IMG/VR virus record: IMGVR_UViG_3300042934_000563
DNA: 37,367 bases
From: a virus
Taxonomy: Duplodnaviria > Heunggongvirae > Uroviricota > Caudoviricetes
Strand: one strand, 5' to 3'
In this document: positions 16,172-24,758 of the stretch, in pieces
How positions within the stretch are numbered: position 1 is the stretch's first letter
Layout: each line of letters begins with the position of its first letter
Notes under the pieces: generated by a model
The model's input: only the letters and a program-made list of their open reading frames with translations
What the model was told of the DNA's origin: nothing
The model's database searches: none
Program-made: the position numbers and the translations under genes

Positions 16172-17995
16172 GTGATCCAACGCCTCACCAAAGCTCTACT
16201 GCCCGGAGAAATCCCCCTCACCGACACCACCGTCCACTTCGTCGACACGTTCGACGATGTCCTGGAGTTCCGTACCTGGCTGTCCAACTCCCGAGGTCGC
16301 ACCATCCTCGCCGTCGACACGGAAACGACCGGACTATCCCCCTACGTCGACGACGCCCGCATCCGACTCGCCCAGTTCGGCGACGAAAACGAGGCATGGG
16401 TAATCAACTGCGAAAAATGGGCCGGAGTCGCCCGCGAAGTCATCGAGACGTACGACGACACGCCCATGGTGTTCCACAACCTCGCATTCGACTACACGTA
16501 CATGATGGAAATGTGGCCCGACCTGCAATTCCCGTGGCACCTCATGCACGACACCATGCTCTACATGCGCCTCCACGACAACGAGGGAGTCGCCGGACTC
16601 AAGCCGGTATCGAAAAACCTGTTCGGCCCCGCCGCCGTAGTCGGACAGGACGCCCTCACCGAATCCATGCGCGTCAACGGCTGGACCTGGAAGACCGTGC
16701 CCATGACCTCCCCGGCGTACACGCTGTACTCCGGCGTCGACGTGATCCTCACCGCCCGCCTCTACCGCCGCCTGGAGCACATCTACACAGGCCCCATGGC
16801 CGCGATGGCAGAGATGGAGATGCAAGCCCTCCGCGTTACCTGCAACATGTCCCGCAAGGGAATGCACATCGACCGCGACTACTGCGTCGAGAAACGCGCC
16901 ACGCTACGCGGCTACGTCGACACCGTCACCGACACCCTCAAGACACACATGGGCATCAACGTCCGCAGCTCCGCGCAGCTCGCCGACTACTTCATCCGCG
17001 AAGGCGCAACCCTCACCGCCAAAACCGCCAAAGGCGCATGGCAGATGGACAAGGAGGCCCTCAACCGACTAGCCGCCGAGGGCTACAAAGTCGCCCACGC
17101 CATCCTGGACATGCGCAAAGCCGACAAGCTCGCCACCACCTACTTCGACAACCTCCTGGACTACTCCGACAACCCGCAGCACCTCATCCACCCCCAGATC
17201 AACACCATCGCCGCCCGCACCGGACGCATGTCCGTCACGTCCCCGGCACTCCAGACACTGCCCTCCAAGGACTCACTCATCCGAGGCGCATTCGTCCCCC
17301 TACCAGGGGAGAAAATGGTGTCGTGCGACTTCTCCCAGATCGAGCTACGACTCACCGCGCACCTCAGTCAGGACCCCGCACTCATCGAGGCATTCGCCGA
17401 CTGTGACCTCACCGGAGATGACTTCTTCACCCGAGTCGGTAGGGACATCTACGGCCCCACGTTCACCAAAGACGATCTGCGCCGCACCCTCATCAAGAAC
17501 GTCATCTACGGCAGCACCTACGGCGCTGGAGTGGCGAAGATGGCCGAGTCCGCCAAGGTCCCGCTATCCGTCATGCAGCCCATCGCCGATGACATCTTCC
17601 GACGGTTCGTCGGCGTCAAAGGCATCCAAGAAATGGCAAGCCTGGAGGCGCAACACAACGAACGCAGCTTCGGACGACCATTCATCACCAGCCAGTCAGG
17701 CCGACGACTCTACGTCGACCCCGACCGCATCTACAGCGCCGCCAACTACACCGTCCAGTCCCTCGCCGCCGACCTCATGAAACAGGCCCTTATCAGGCTG
17801 GACAACGCCGGACTAGGCCCCTACATGCTCCTCCCCATCCACGACGAGTGCGTGTTCTCCGTCCCCGACGAGTTCGTCGGCGACGTAATGCCGATCATCC
17901 AAGAGACCATGTCCATCACAACCGAGATGGGATTCACCGTCCCCGTCCCCGCCGAGCCCGAGGGACCTTTCGAGCGTTGGAAAGGTAAGTCGTGA
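16172..17995 (+). CDS. polA: family A DNA polymerase (3'-5' exonuclease plus polymerase, no 5' nuclease domain), 607 aa
   Basis: ExoI AVDTETTGL, ExoII FHNLAFD, motif A DFSQIELR, motif B KNVIYGSTYG, motif C PIHDE. Confidence 0.95.
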   Translation: MIQRLTKALLPGEIPLTDTTVHFVDTFDDVLEFRTWLSNSRGRTILAVDTETTGLSPYVDDARIRLAQFGDENEAWVINCEKWAGVAREVIETYDDTPMVFHNLAFDYTYMMEMWPDLQFPWHLMHDTMLYMRLHDNEGVAGLKPVSKNLFGPAAVVGQDALTESMRVNGWTWKTVPMTSPAYTLYSGVDVILTARLYRRLEHIYTGPMAAMAEMEMQALRVTCNMSRKGMHIDRDYCVEKRATLRGYVDTVTDTLKTHMGINVRSSAQLADYFIREGATLTAKTAKGAWQMDKEALNRLAAEGYKVAHAILDMRKADKLATTYFDNLLDYSDNPQHLIHPQINTIAARTGRMSVTSPALQTLPSKDSLIRGAFVPLPGEKMVSCDFSQIELRLTAHLSQDPALIEAFADCDLTGDDFFTRVGRDIYGPTFTKDDLRRTLIKNVIYGSTYGAGVAKMAESAKVPLSVMQPIADDIFRRFVGVKGIQEMASLEAQHNERSFGRPFITSQSGRRLYVDPDRIYSAANYTVQSLAADLMKQALIRLDNAGLGPYMLLPIHDECVFSVPDEFVGDVMPIIQETMSITTEMGFTVPVPAEPEGPFERWKGKS

Positions 17996-18441
17996 CATCC
18001 CCCGACAAACGCCCCCACCTCACGCTGAACGGCAACATCACCAGCATCACCTACGACATCACCGACAAAGTCGGAGAGATGCACGTGGCCTTCGAGAACA
18101 TGCGGCAGTCGATAGAGCGCGCGCACGATCAGCTCCTAGCGTTCAAAGCCGTCGACCAGGACACCGGCCACACCGAATCCATCTACTACAGCCCACCCAT
18201 CGCCGACACGCACCGCACGCGCAACGACCGCCTGCAATTTGTGTGCGTTAATTGCTGTGTGGTCCACACAACGCACCTACGCACACACCCATGCGGCCAC
18301 TACCACGCGCTCCACTACGGAGACGACGACGCCGACTGGAGCGATGACTACCACTGCGCATTTTGCGGCACCCCCGACGGCGGACGTTGCACCATCGCCC
18401 TCCCCGACACAGCCGTCACCTACCCCACCCCCAAGGACTGA
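17992..18441 (+). CDS. hypothetical Cys/His-rich protein, 149 aa
   Basis: GTGA-coupled; CVNCC...HPCGH...CAFC. Confidence 0.75.
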   Translation: MTSPDKRPHLTLNGNITSITYDITDKVGEMHVAFENMRQSIERAHDQLLAFKAVDQDTGHTESIYYSPPIADTHRTRNDRLQFVCVNCCVVHTTHLRTHPCGHYHALHYGDDDADWSDDYHCAFCGTPDGGRCTIALPDTAVTYPTPKD

Positions 18442-18442
18442 C

Positions 18443-18925
18443 ATGCGGATCTACTACGACACCGAGTTCGTCGAAAACGGAACCACCATCGACCTCATCA
18501 GCATCGGAATGGTCGCCGAAGACGGCAGAACCTACTACGCCATCAGCGCCGACTACGACCGCGCCGCCGCCGAAGCACACCCATTCGTGTCCAAAAACGT
18601 CCTACCGTTCCTCGGAGACGACGACCCCAAACCCCGAGAGATCATCCGGCAGGAGATCACCGAGTTTCTCCGACCACCCCCCGGAGACACCACCCCCACC
18701 CGCCTATGGGCCTGGTACGGCAGCTACGACCACATCGTCCTCTCCCAGCTGTTCGGGACCATGATGGACCTACCCGACCACGTCCCCGCCTGGACCAACG
18801 ACGTACGCCAAGAGATCGACCGCCGATCCATCCAAGGATGGCCCCACCAGAGCCACGGCAAACACAACGCCCTCCAGGACGCACACCACACCCTCCTCCT
18901 CCACCGCTTCACCGAATCCGTCTAG
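18443..18925 (+). CDS. DEDDh 3'-5' exonuclease (Rv2179c-like exoribonuclease family), 160 aa
   Basis: MRIYYDTEF...LISIGMVAEDGRTYYA...YDHIVL...HNALQDA. Confidence 0.88.
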   Translation: MRIYYDTEFVENGTTIDLISIGMVAEDGRTYYAISADYDRAAAEAHPFVSKNVLPFLGDDDPKPREIIRQEITEFLRPPPGDTTPTRLWAWYGSYDHIVLSQLFGTMMDLPDHVPAWTNDVRQEIDRRSIQGWPHQSHGKHNALQDAHHTLLLHRFTESV

Positions 18926-18934
18926 GACCACACC

Positions 18935-19138
18935 ATGGCTAAAAACTGGACCCAACCCGTATGCACAACATGCTGGGACGACGAGCACCCGTTCCGGCAC
19001 CCCGTCCGCATCGCCAACCCAGACACCGAAACGTGTTGCTATTGCGGCACACCCACCACCAGCGGCATCTACGTCCGCGTCGACCCCGACACCGTCCCCC
19101 ACCCCACCAACGACGAAGAGCCCTCCCATGCAGAATGA
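18935..19138 (+). CDS. small Cys-rich protein, 67 aa
   Basis: CTTC...CCYC. Confidence 0.7.
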   Translation: MAKNWTQPVCTTCWDDEHPFRHPVRIANPDTETCCYCGTPTTSGIYVRVDPDTVPHPTNDEEPSHAE

Positions 19139-19307
19139 CCCAGACGCCCGCTGTCCCGGCCCCGAGTGCCACGGCGGAGACATGCCCGACTTCGACCACT
19201 ACTGCGACGCAAAAGAGATCACCGACGACGAGGTACCCGCAGCATTCGGAGCATGGCTCAACGCCATATCCGGGTGGGACGGCGACATGAAACGCGTCGA
19301 CGAATGA
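19128..19307 (+). CDS. hypothetical protein, 59 aa (absent from the ORF track)
   Basis: MQNDPDARCPGPECHGGDMPDFDHYCDAKEITDDEVPAAFGAWLNAISGWDGDMKRVDE; fills the gap and has an ATGA overlap with the RuvC-like gene. Confidence 0.7.
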   Translation: MQNDPDARCPGPECHGGDMPDFDHYCDAKEITDDEVPAAFGAWLNAISGWDGDMKRVDE

Positions 19308-19849
19308 AACAACCCGGACTGGTCGCCGTCATCGTCACCGTCGACCCCGGAGAATCGACCGGCTACTCAGTAGTAGAGGTCTACAACGCCAAACACCCCC
19401 AGATACCAGCGGGAACATACGGACACGCCATATTTGCTAGATGTCGTGTCCGTCCGTTGGCGTACGGGACCGTCGGCTACGACCAGGCGTCCGACGTGTT
19501 GGACCAACACATCACCTACGCGGCAGCGCTCGCCGCCGACCGTGAGGTACCGCTACGCGTCGTCGTCGAGAAATTCGTCATCACGCGCACCGCCATGCAG
19601 ACCAACTCCACCTGGTCCAGCGAGGTAACCGGCATGGCAGTCACCTCACTGCACCGCGCCGCGCCGACCGCCAAAATCGACACAACCCAGCAACCCACCG
19701 AGATCAAGAACCTCATCCACAAAAACCGCATACTCCAGCAAATAGGGCTGAAACCGCACGGTAGCGGCATGACCACGCACGAAGCCGACGCGCTCGCGCA
19801 CGCGCTACTATTCGCCGCCCGATTGTCGAACGGACTTACACGCTTGTAA
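19304..19849 (+). CDS. RuvC-like Holliday junction resolvase, 181 aa
   Basis: VDPGESTG, VVVEKF and HEADALAHA catalytic motifs. Confidence 0.8.
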   Translation: MKQPGLVAVIVTVDPGESTGYSVVEVYNAKHPQIPAGTYGHAIFARCRVRPLAYGTVGYDQASDVLDQHITYAAALAADREVPLRVVVEKFVITRTAMQTNSTWSSEVTGMAVTSLHRAAPTAKIDTTQQPTEIKNLIHKNRILQQIGLKPHGSGMTTHEADALAHALLFAARLSNGLTRL

Positions 19850-19852
19850 TCT
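19823..19852 (+). promoter_or_regulatory. putative promoter for the helicase, overlapped by the TTACA-N4-TGTAA palindrome
   Basis: TTGTCG-18-TAATCT; palindrome at 19836-19849. Confidence 0.5.
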
Positions 19853-19884
19853 AGTTCGACGCGCCACAAACCAGGAGGACCGCA

Positions 19885-21774
19885 GTGCCAGTCAACGCGA
19901 CTATCAGCGGGAACCGAATCATTCTCGAATCCCAATACCAGCACCAAGACAGAATCAAGAGGATGCTAGGCGCAAGCCAGGACAAAGTATCCAAACAGTG
20001 GACCCTCCCCCTCACCTGGACCTCCGCTGTATCCCTCAAAAACGACTTCGGCGACGAGTTCCTCGCCAGCGAGACACTCAACGCGTGGGGTTTCTCCGAG
20101 CTGGAGGGACGAGTCGGACCGGCCCGCACCCTCCGCACCCGCATGGACCTGGAGGGCCTGGACGAAACCAAAACGGACGAGACCACCCTCACCACCCTCG
20201 CCGCCCGAGAGCTGGCAACAGAGCTAGGGCTGTACCCCCACCAGGCCGCAGGCGCAGCGTTCGCCGCCGTCACAAAGTCCGCCCTCATCCTGGACGAACA
20301 AGGCACCGGCAAAACCGCGCAGACCATCACCGCCGTCCGCACCCTGTTCCGCCGAGGGCACGCAATGTTCCCCCTCCTGGTGGTCTGCCCGAGCAGCGTC
20401 AAAAACGTGTGGCAACGAGAGTTCAACCGCTGGTACCCCGGACTCACCGTAACCAACGTCAAAGGCACCGCCGCCCAGCGCCGGAAACAGCTGGAGGCAC
20501 CGGCCCACGTTGTCATCATCAGCTACAACAACCTCCCCAAGCATTCCAAGCTCGCCACCGTCCCCGGAGCGCCCGCACTGAAACGCTGTGAGGAGTGCGG
20601 AGGCTACTCCCCCGAGATCACCGAGGCGAAGTGCCAAGCACACCTCCGAGAGCTGAACATCATCCCGTTCGCCACCGTCATCCTGGACGAGGCGCACCGC
20701 GTCACCGACCCCAAGAGCACCTGGACGCGCGCAGCATGGGCAATCAGTGACCAAGCGACCTACCGCTACGCACTCACCGGCACCCCCGTCCAAGAGTCGA
20801 TCAAAGACTATTGGGCCCTACTCCGGTTCGTAGCGCCCGAGGAGTTCCCCGCCAAAACCAAGTTCATCGACCGCTACGCCATCGTCGGCTACACCCCATG
20901 GGGCCAAGTCGAGATCGAGGGACTCAACCCCCTACGCGAAGACGAACTAGCCGCCATCACCAGCGCCTACACCCGTCGGATGCTGAAAGAAATCGTTCTC
21001 CCGTTCCTGCCCCCCGTCTACGAAGAGCGCCGCACCGTCGAGATGACCGGAGCACAAGCCAAGGCATACCGGGACCTGGAAAAAAGTATGCTCACCGAGC
21101 TAGCCAGCGACACCCCCATGGTGACACTGTCCCCGCTCACACAAGCCACCAGGCTTATGCAACTAGCAAGTAGCTACGCCGAAGTGCTGGACGACGACTT
21201 CGACGAAGATGACATGTTCACCGACACCGTCCCGCCGACCGTCAAACTCAAAATGCCGTCCAACAAAATCACCAGCCTCATGGACGACATCGCGTCAGGT
21301 GACTACAGCCAGACCGACGCCGGAAAAATCGTGTTCGCACAGTCCGCGCCACTACTGGACATGCTGTCCCAGGAGATGACCGCCAAGGGCATCGAACACG
21401 GCATGATCACCGGCAGCATCAGCGAAGACGACCGCCAGCAAGCCATCGACGACTTCCAGGCCGGAAAGACCAAGTACATCCTGGTATCCATCGCCGCAGG
21501 CGGAGCCGGACTCACCCTCACCGCAGCCGACACCATGATCTTTCTACAGCGCGCGTGGAGTTCGACCGCCATGACACAGGCATACGCCCGCGCCGACCGC
21601 ATCGGATCCGAGATCCACGAAAGCATCCGCATCGTCCACTACCTCAGCGAGAAAACCGTCGAAGAGCCCCAGCTGGACGCCCTCGCACTGAAAGCGGACC
21701 GCGCCGACGAGATCCTCCGCGACCGCGCATCACTCCTCGCATGGCTCCAGGAGAGCAAAGAGGCCGCAGCATGA
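19885..21774 (+). CDS. SNF2-family (SF2) DNA helicase, 629 aa
   Basis: DEQGTGKT, ILDEAH, LTGTP, AGGAGLTLT, QAYARADRIG; GGAGG RBS. Confidence 0.93.
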   Translation: MPVNATISGNRIILESQYQHQDRIKRMLGASQDKVSKQWTLPLTWTSAVSLKNDFGDEFLASETLNAWGFSELEGRVGPARTLRTRMDLEGLDETKTDETTLTTLAARELATELGLYPHQAAGAAFAAVTKSALILDEQGTGKTAQTITAVRTLFRRGHAMFPLLVVCPSSVKNVWQREFNRWYPGLTVTNVKGTAAQRRKQLEAPAHVVIISYNNLPKHSKLATVPGAPALKRCEECGGYSPEITEAKCQAHLRELNIIPFATVILDEAHRVTDPKSTWTRAAWAISDQATYRYALTGTPVQESIKDYWALLRFVAPEEFPAKTKFIDRYAIVGYTPWGQVEIEGLNPLREDELAAITSAYTRRMLKEIVLPFLPPVYEERRTVEMTGAQAKAYRDLEKSMLTELASDTPMVTLSPLTQATRLMQLASSYAEVLDDDFDEDDMFTDTVPPTVKLKMPSNKITSLMDDIASGDYSQTDAGKIVFAQSAPLLDMLSQEMTAKGIEHGMITGSISEDDRQQAIDDFQAGKTKYILVSIAAGGAGLTLTAADTMIFLQRAWSSTAMTQAYARADRIGSEIHESIRIVHYLSEKTVEEPQLDALALKADRADEILRDRASLLAWLQESKEAAA

Positions 21775-22016
21775 CACCCGAAGAACTCACCTCATCCATC
21801 CGCAGCACCGGACACCTCAACATCGGCGACGTTGCCAACTTCCACCTACCCCACGGATTCCAGATCCGAGGACGGATAGTCAGCCACGCCCGCCCCTTCG
21901 GGACCGTCGTGGGCCTACACCTGGACCCCCTAGGCCCCAACCCCGACGACGAGGACCGAACCGCCATGTTCCTACCCGCGTCCACCATCCTCGCCATCGA
22001 GTGGCAGGCAGAGTGA
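21771..22016 (+). CDS. hypothetical protein, 81 aa
   Basis: ATGA and GTGA overlaps. Confidence 0.75.
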   Translation: MTPEELTSSIRSTGHLNIGDVANFHLPHGFQIRGRIVSHARPFGTVVGLHLDPLGPNPDDEDRTAMFLPASTILAIEWQAE

Positions 22017-22987
22017 CCGAATACTACGGACTCCAGACAGTCCTGGACCCGAACAACATCAAGATCACCCAGTCCGACCTAGCCGCATTCAAACGCGACA
22101 GACGCGTCTGGTTTCTCAAGACCTACCTAGGGATCCGCCCCAAGCAAGAGAAAACGAGCGGCCCCCTAATCCTCGGGACCATGGTCCACACCGCCCTGGA
22201 AGGTCGCTACCGCTACGGCCAGGACCTACTGGAGGCATACGACGCCGCCGTCCAGGAAACCCACGACGCCTACATCCTCACCGAGCCCTACTTCTCCGAG
22301 CATGAATGGAACAAACAGGCCGAGCTAGGCCGAATCATGCTGGAAGGCTACGAAGAATGGCTGGACACCGAGCACATCGACAGCGACATCTCCACGTTCG
22401 CCGTCGAGAAACTCCTCCAAGTCGAGACCACCTACCACGGCGTCCCCGTTACCCTCTCCGGCAAGGCGGACCACATCGTCCGCAACAACCTCACCGGCGA
22501 ACTACTGGTCTACGACTGGAAGACAACTAACAACTTGGAGCGCATGACGCGCCAAGCACACACCACCGACCAGCTCCCCTACTACATGACCCTCCAGCAG
22601 GCCCTGGAACCCGACGAGTACGTTGCCGGAGCAGCTTTCACCATGCTCCTCAAAACCAAGCGCAGCGACCGCGCCAGGCCCCCGTTCTACCGCCGTGAGC
22701 CCGTCCGCTTCACCCCCGAAGCACTCGAAAATCGACAGGCTGGCATCGGCGGAGCAATCAGCGATTACGTCCGCGTAGTCGCCCAGCTTCACGACGGCGC
22801 AGCCAACCCGCTACGCCTTGCATACGCCAACCCAGGCGTCATGAGTTTCGACCGAGACCTAGACCCACTCATCGACATCATGGACAACGGTGGCAACGTC
22901 CCCGGTGTCATCGCCGCTCTATACAAGCAGGTCAACCCCTATGAGCGGTATGCAGAAAAGACTACTTCGATGCTTGACGACATGTGA
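22013..22987 (+). CDS. PD-(D/E)xK exonuclease (RecB/Cas4-like recombination nuclease), 324 aa
   Basis: LGTMVH, GKADHIV, VYDWKT and QLPYY motifs; adjacent to a Sak4-like ATPase and an SSB-like gene. Confidence 0.88.
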   Translation: MTEYYGLQTVLDPNNIKITQSDLAAFKRDRRVWFLKTYLGIRPKQEKTSGPLILGTMVHTALEGRYRYGQDLLEAYDAAVQETHDAYILTEPYFSEHEWNKQAELGRIMLEGYEEWLDTEHIDSDISTFAVEKLLQVETTYHGVPVTLSGKADHIVRNNLTGELLVYDWKTTNNLERMTRQAHTTDQLPYYMTLQQALEPDEYVAGAAFTMLLKTKRSDRARPPFYRREPVRFTPEALENRQAGIGGAISDYVRVVAQLHDGAANPLRLAYANPGVMSFDRDLDPLIDIMDNGGNVPGVIAALYKQVNPYERYAEKTTSMLDDM

Positions 22988-23054
22988 ATTACAAGCGTGT
23001 AGTCTCGTGGAGCACCCAACAAATAACGGCCCAAACCCATAGAGAAGAGAACCA

Positions 23055-23852
23055 ATGAGCCGCTCGCTTTCCATGTTGGTGCATGGCCTCAGCAAGGCCG
23101 GAAAGTCGACACTGGCAGCTACCGCACCCAAGCCGCTCCTCTACCTAGACGTAGAAGGCGGAAGCCGGTTCCTGCCATTCAAGAAAATCATGTGGGATCC
23201 GATGAAAGAAGCACCGCCAGTCTGTGACGGTACGTGGGATACCGCCGTAGTCACGGTGCGGAACATCTCGGAGGTCAAACAAGCATTCGACTGGCTCAAC
23301 AGTGGTCAACACTGTTTCGTCAGTGTGGCAATCGACTCCGTGTCGGAGCTACAGCAGCGGCTAATCGACGAGATCAGCAACCGCGAACAGATGCAGCAGC
23401 AGAATTGGGGCGAGGTCCTCCGTAGCTTTACGGGCCTCATCCGCGACTTCCACGCACTCACGATGCACCCGACAGTGCCACTCCAGTCAGTCGTGTTCAT
23501 CGGAATGTCCAAGGAAGGCACGGACGGCAAGTTGAAGCCGTTCGCGCAAGGACAATCTGCAAATATCCTCCCCTACATCGTCGACGTACTGGCAGCCGCA
23601 GAGGTTGTTTCGTGGGTAGATCCGGCGACAGGCGCAATGCACAGCACCTACCGCCTCACGACCGGCCCACACCAGCGCTACGAGACCGGAGAACGCGTCG
23701 GCGGACGCATCCCCCCGTACCTCGATAACGCAACCATCCCCACAATCCTGGACTACGTGTTCGGTATGGAGCCCTCCGCAGCACCAACGGTCGTAGACCC
23801 GACCGTCGCCGCAGTGGCCCCCGTCGCCGCACACACCCCTCCAGGCGAATAA
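23055..23852 (+). CDS. AAA ATPase, Sak4/AAA_24-like single-strand annealing protein, 265 aa
   Basis: HGLSKAGKST Walker A, YLDVEGG, VAIDSVSE. Confidence 0.85.
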   Translation: MSRSLSMLVHGLSKAGKSTLAATAPKPLLYLDVEGGSRFLPFKKIMWDPMKEAPPVCDGTWDTAVVTVRNISEVKQAFDWLNSGQHCFVSVAIDSVSELQQRLIDEISNREQMQQQNWGEVLRSFTGLIRDFHALTMHPTVPLQSVVFIGMSKEGTDGKLKPFAQGQSANILPYIVDVLAAAEVVSWVDPATGAMHSTYRLTTGPHQRYETGERVGGRIPPYLDNATIPTILDYVFGMEPSAAPTVVDPTVAAVAPVAAHTPPGE

Positions 23853-23900
23853 CCGCACGACGAACTACCGACTACCGAACTACAACGAAACGAGAAACAC

Positions 23901-24584
23901 ATGGCAGGCATTGCTTGGGGAAAGATCCTTGCGGACGCAGCATCGGGCCCCAACTACGACCCCCTCCCCATCGGCAAGTACGACATGCAGGTCACCAAAG
24001 TAGAGGTCAAGACCACCAAGAATGGTGAAGTCATGTTCTCGTACCAGGCCGCAGTCCAGACCGGACCGCACACCAAGCGCGTACTGTTCGGCAACCTGGT
24101 GGTCCCCGGCGCGACAGCCGCCAACGGAGCCCAGCGCGCGGGATTCTTCATCCGCGACCTCAAGAACCTCGGACTGTCCCAGGAGTTCGTCGACTCCCAG
24201 CCCCAGCCCGACGCAATCGCCGCCGCCCTCGTGGGCCGCTACTTTGTAGCACAGGTGGAGCAGAGGGAATGGCAGGGGGACACCAAAAACGAAATCAAGC
24301 GGATCCTCAAGGCCCCCGCAGTAACCGGCCCCCCGGCACCAGGTGGCTACACGGCACCGCCCGCACCAGCAGCACCAGCCGCAGCACCGGCCCCCGCCGT
24401 TGCGCCGGTACCGCCCGCCGCGCCCCCCGCACCGGCAGCGGCAGCACCACCGGCTCCCGCAGCTGCCCCCGCCGCGCCCGCCCCCACACCAGCGGCCCCG
24501 GCACCGGCAGCAGTCCCCGCAGCGGCTCCGCCCGCAGCGTCTCCGGGTGAGGTTCCTACCCTCCCCCCGAGCCCGTTCGGATAG
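23901..24584 (+). CDS. SSB-like protein (DUF669 type) with a Pro/Ala-rich C-terminal tail, 227 aa
   Basis: YDPLPIGKYDMQVTKVE...QREWQGDTKNEIKR; usual position after the Sak4-like gene. Confidence 0.75.
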   Translation: MAGIAWGKILADAASGPNYDPLPIGKYDMQVTKVEVKTTKNGEVMFSYQAAVQTGPHTKRVLFGNLVVPGATAANGAQRAGFFIRDLKNLGLSQEFVDSQPQPDAIAAALVGRYFVAQVEQREWQGDTKNEIKRILKAPAVTGPPAPGGYTAPPAPAAPAAAPAPAVAPVPPAAPPAPAAAAPPAPAAAPAAPAPTPAAPAPAAVPAAAPPAASPGEVPTLPPSPFG

Positions 24585-24606
24585 AGATAACCGCGCAGGG
24601 ACAAAT

Positions 24607-24645
24607 AAAGGGCCCGCTACCTTTCGCCAGGTAGCGGGCCTTTTT
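24607..24645 (+). terminator. intrinsic terminator
   Basis: GGCCCGCTACCT-TTCGCC-AGGTAGCGGGCC followed by TTTTT, with an A-tract upstream. Confidence 0.85.
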
Positions 24646-24667
24646 GTGCGTCCGACACGCCCCCAAT

Positions 24668-24698
24668 TTGCGCTACCCGACCAAAGTTGTGCTAACGT
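24668..24698 (+). promoter_or_regulatory. putative promoter for the MoxR ATPase
   Basis: TTGCGCTA (same as the cassette promoters)...TGTGC-TAACGT; the 19-nt spacing is atypical. Confidence 0.5.
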
Positions 24699-24758
24699 GA
24701 GTCTCGAACCAAAGAGCACCACAAACCACCCCCACCCGATAGCGAGGAATCCCCGCAC

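Noticed and set aside
16135-17406. 423-aa alternative-frame ORF overlapping polA, and many similar long Arg/Pro/His-rich or antisense Val/Gly-rich ORFs in the track
   Set aside because: These are shadows of strong C3 codon bias in GC-rich DNA. They have low-complexity composition and no RBS or motifs.
22013-22987. Possible CRISPR-Cas association of the Cas4-like gene
   Set aside because: No repeat-spacer array or other cas genes. The context (Sak4-like ATPase, SSB, helicase) is a standard phage recombination module.
24330-24560. Degenerate GCACC/GCCCC repeats, also 33255-33300 and 28400-28700
   Set aside because: Explained by Pro-Ala, Pro-Glu and Gly/Asp/Glu low-complexity protein linkers; not DNA repeat elements.
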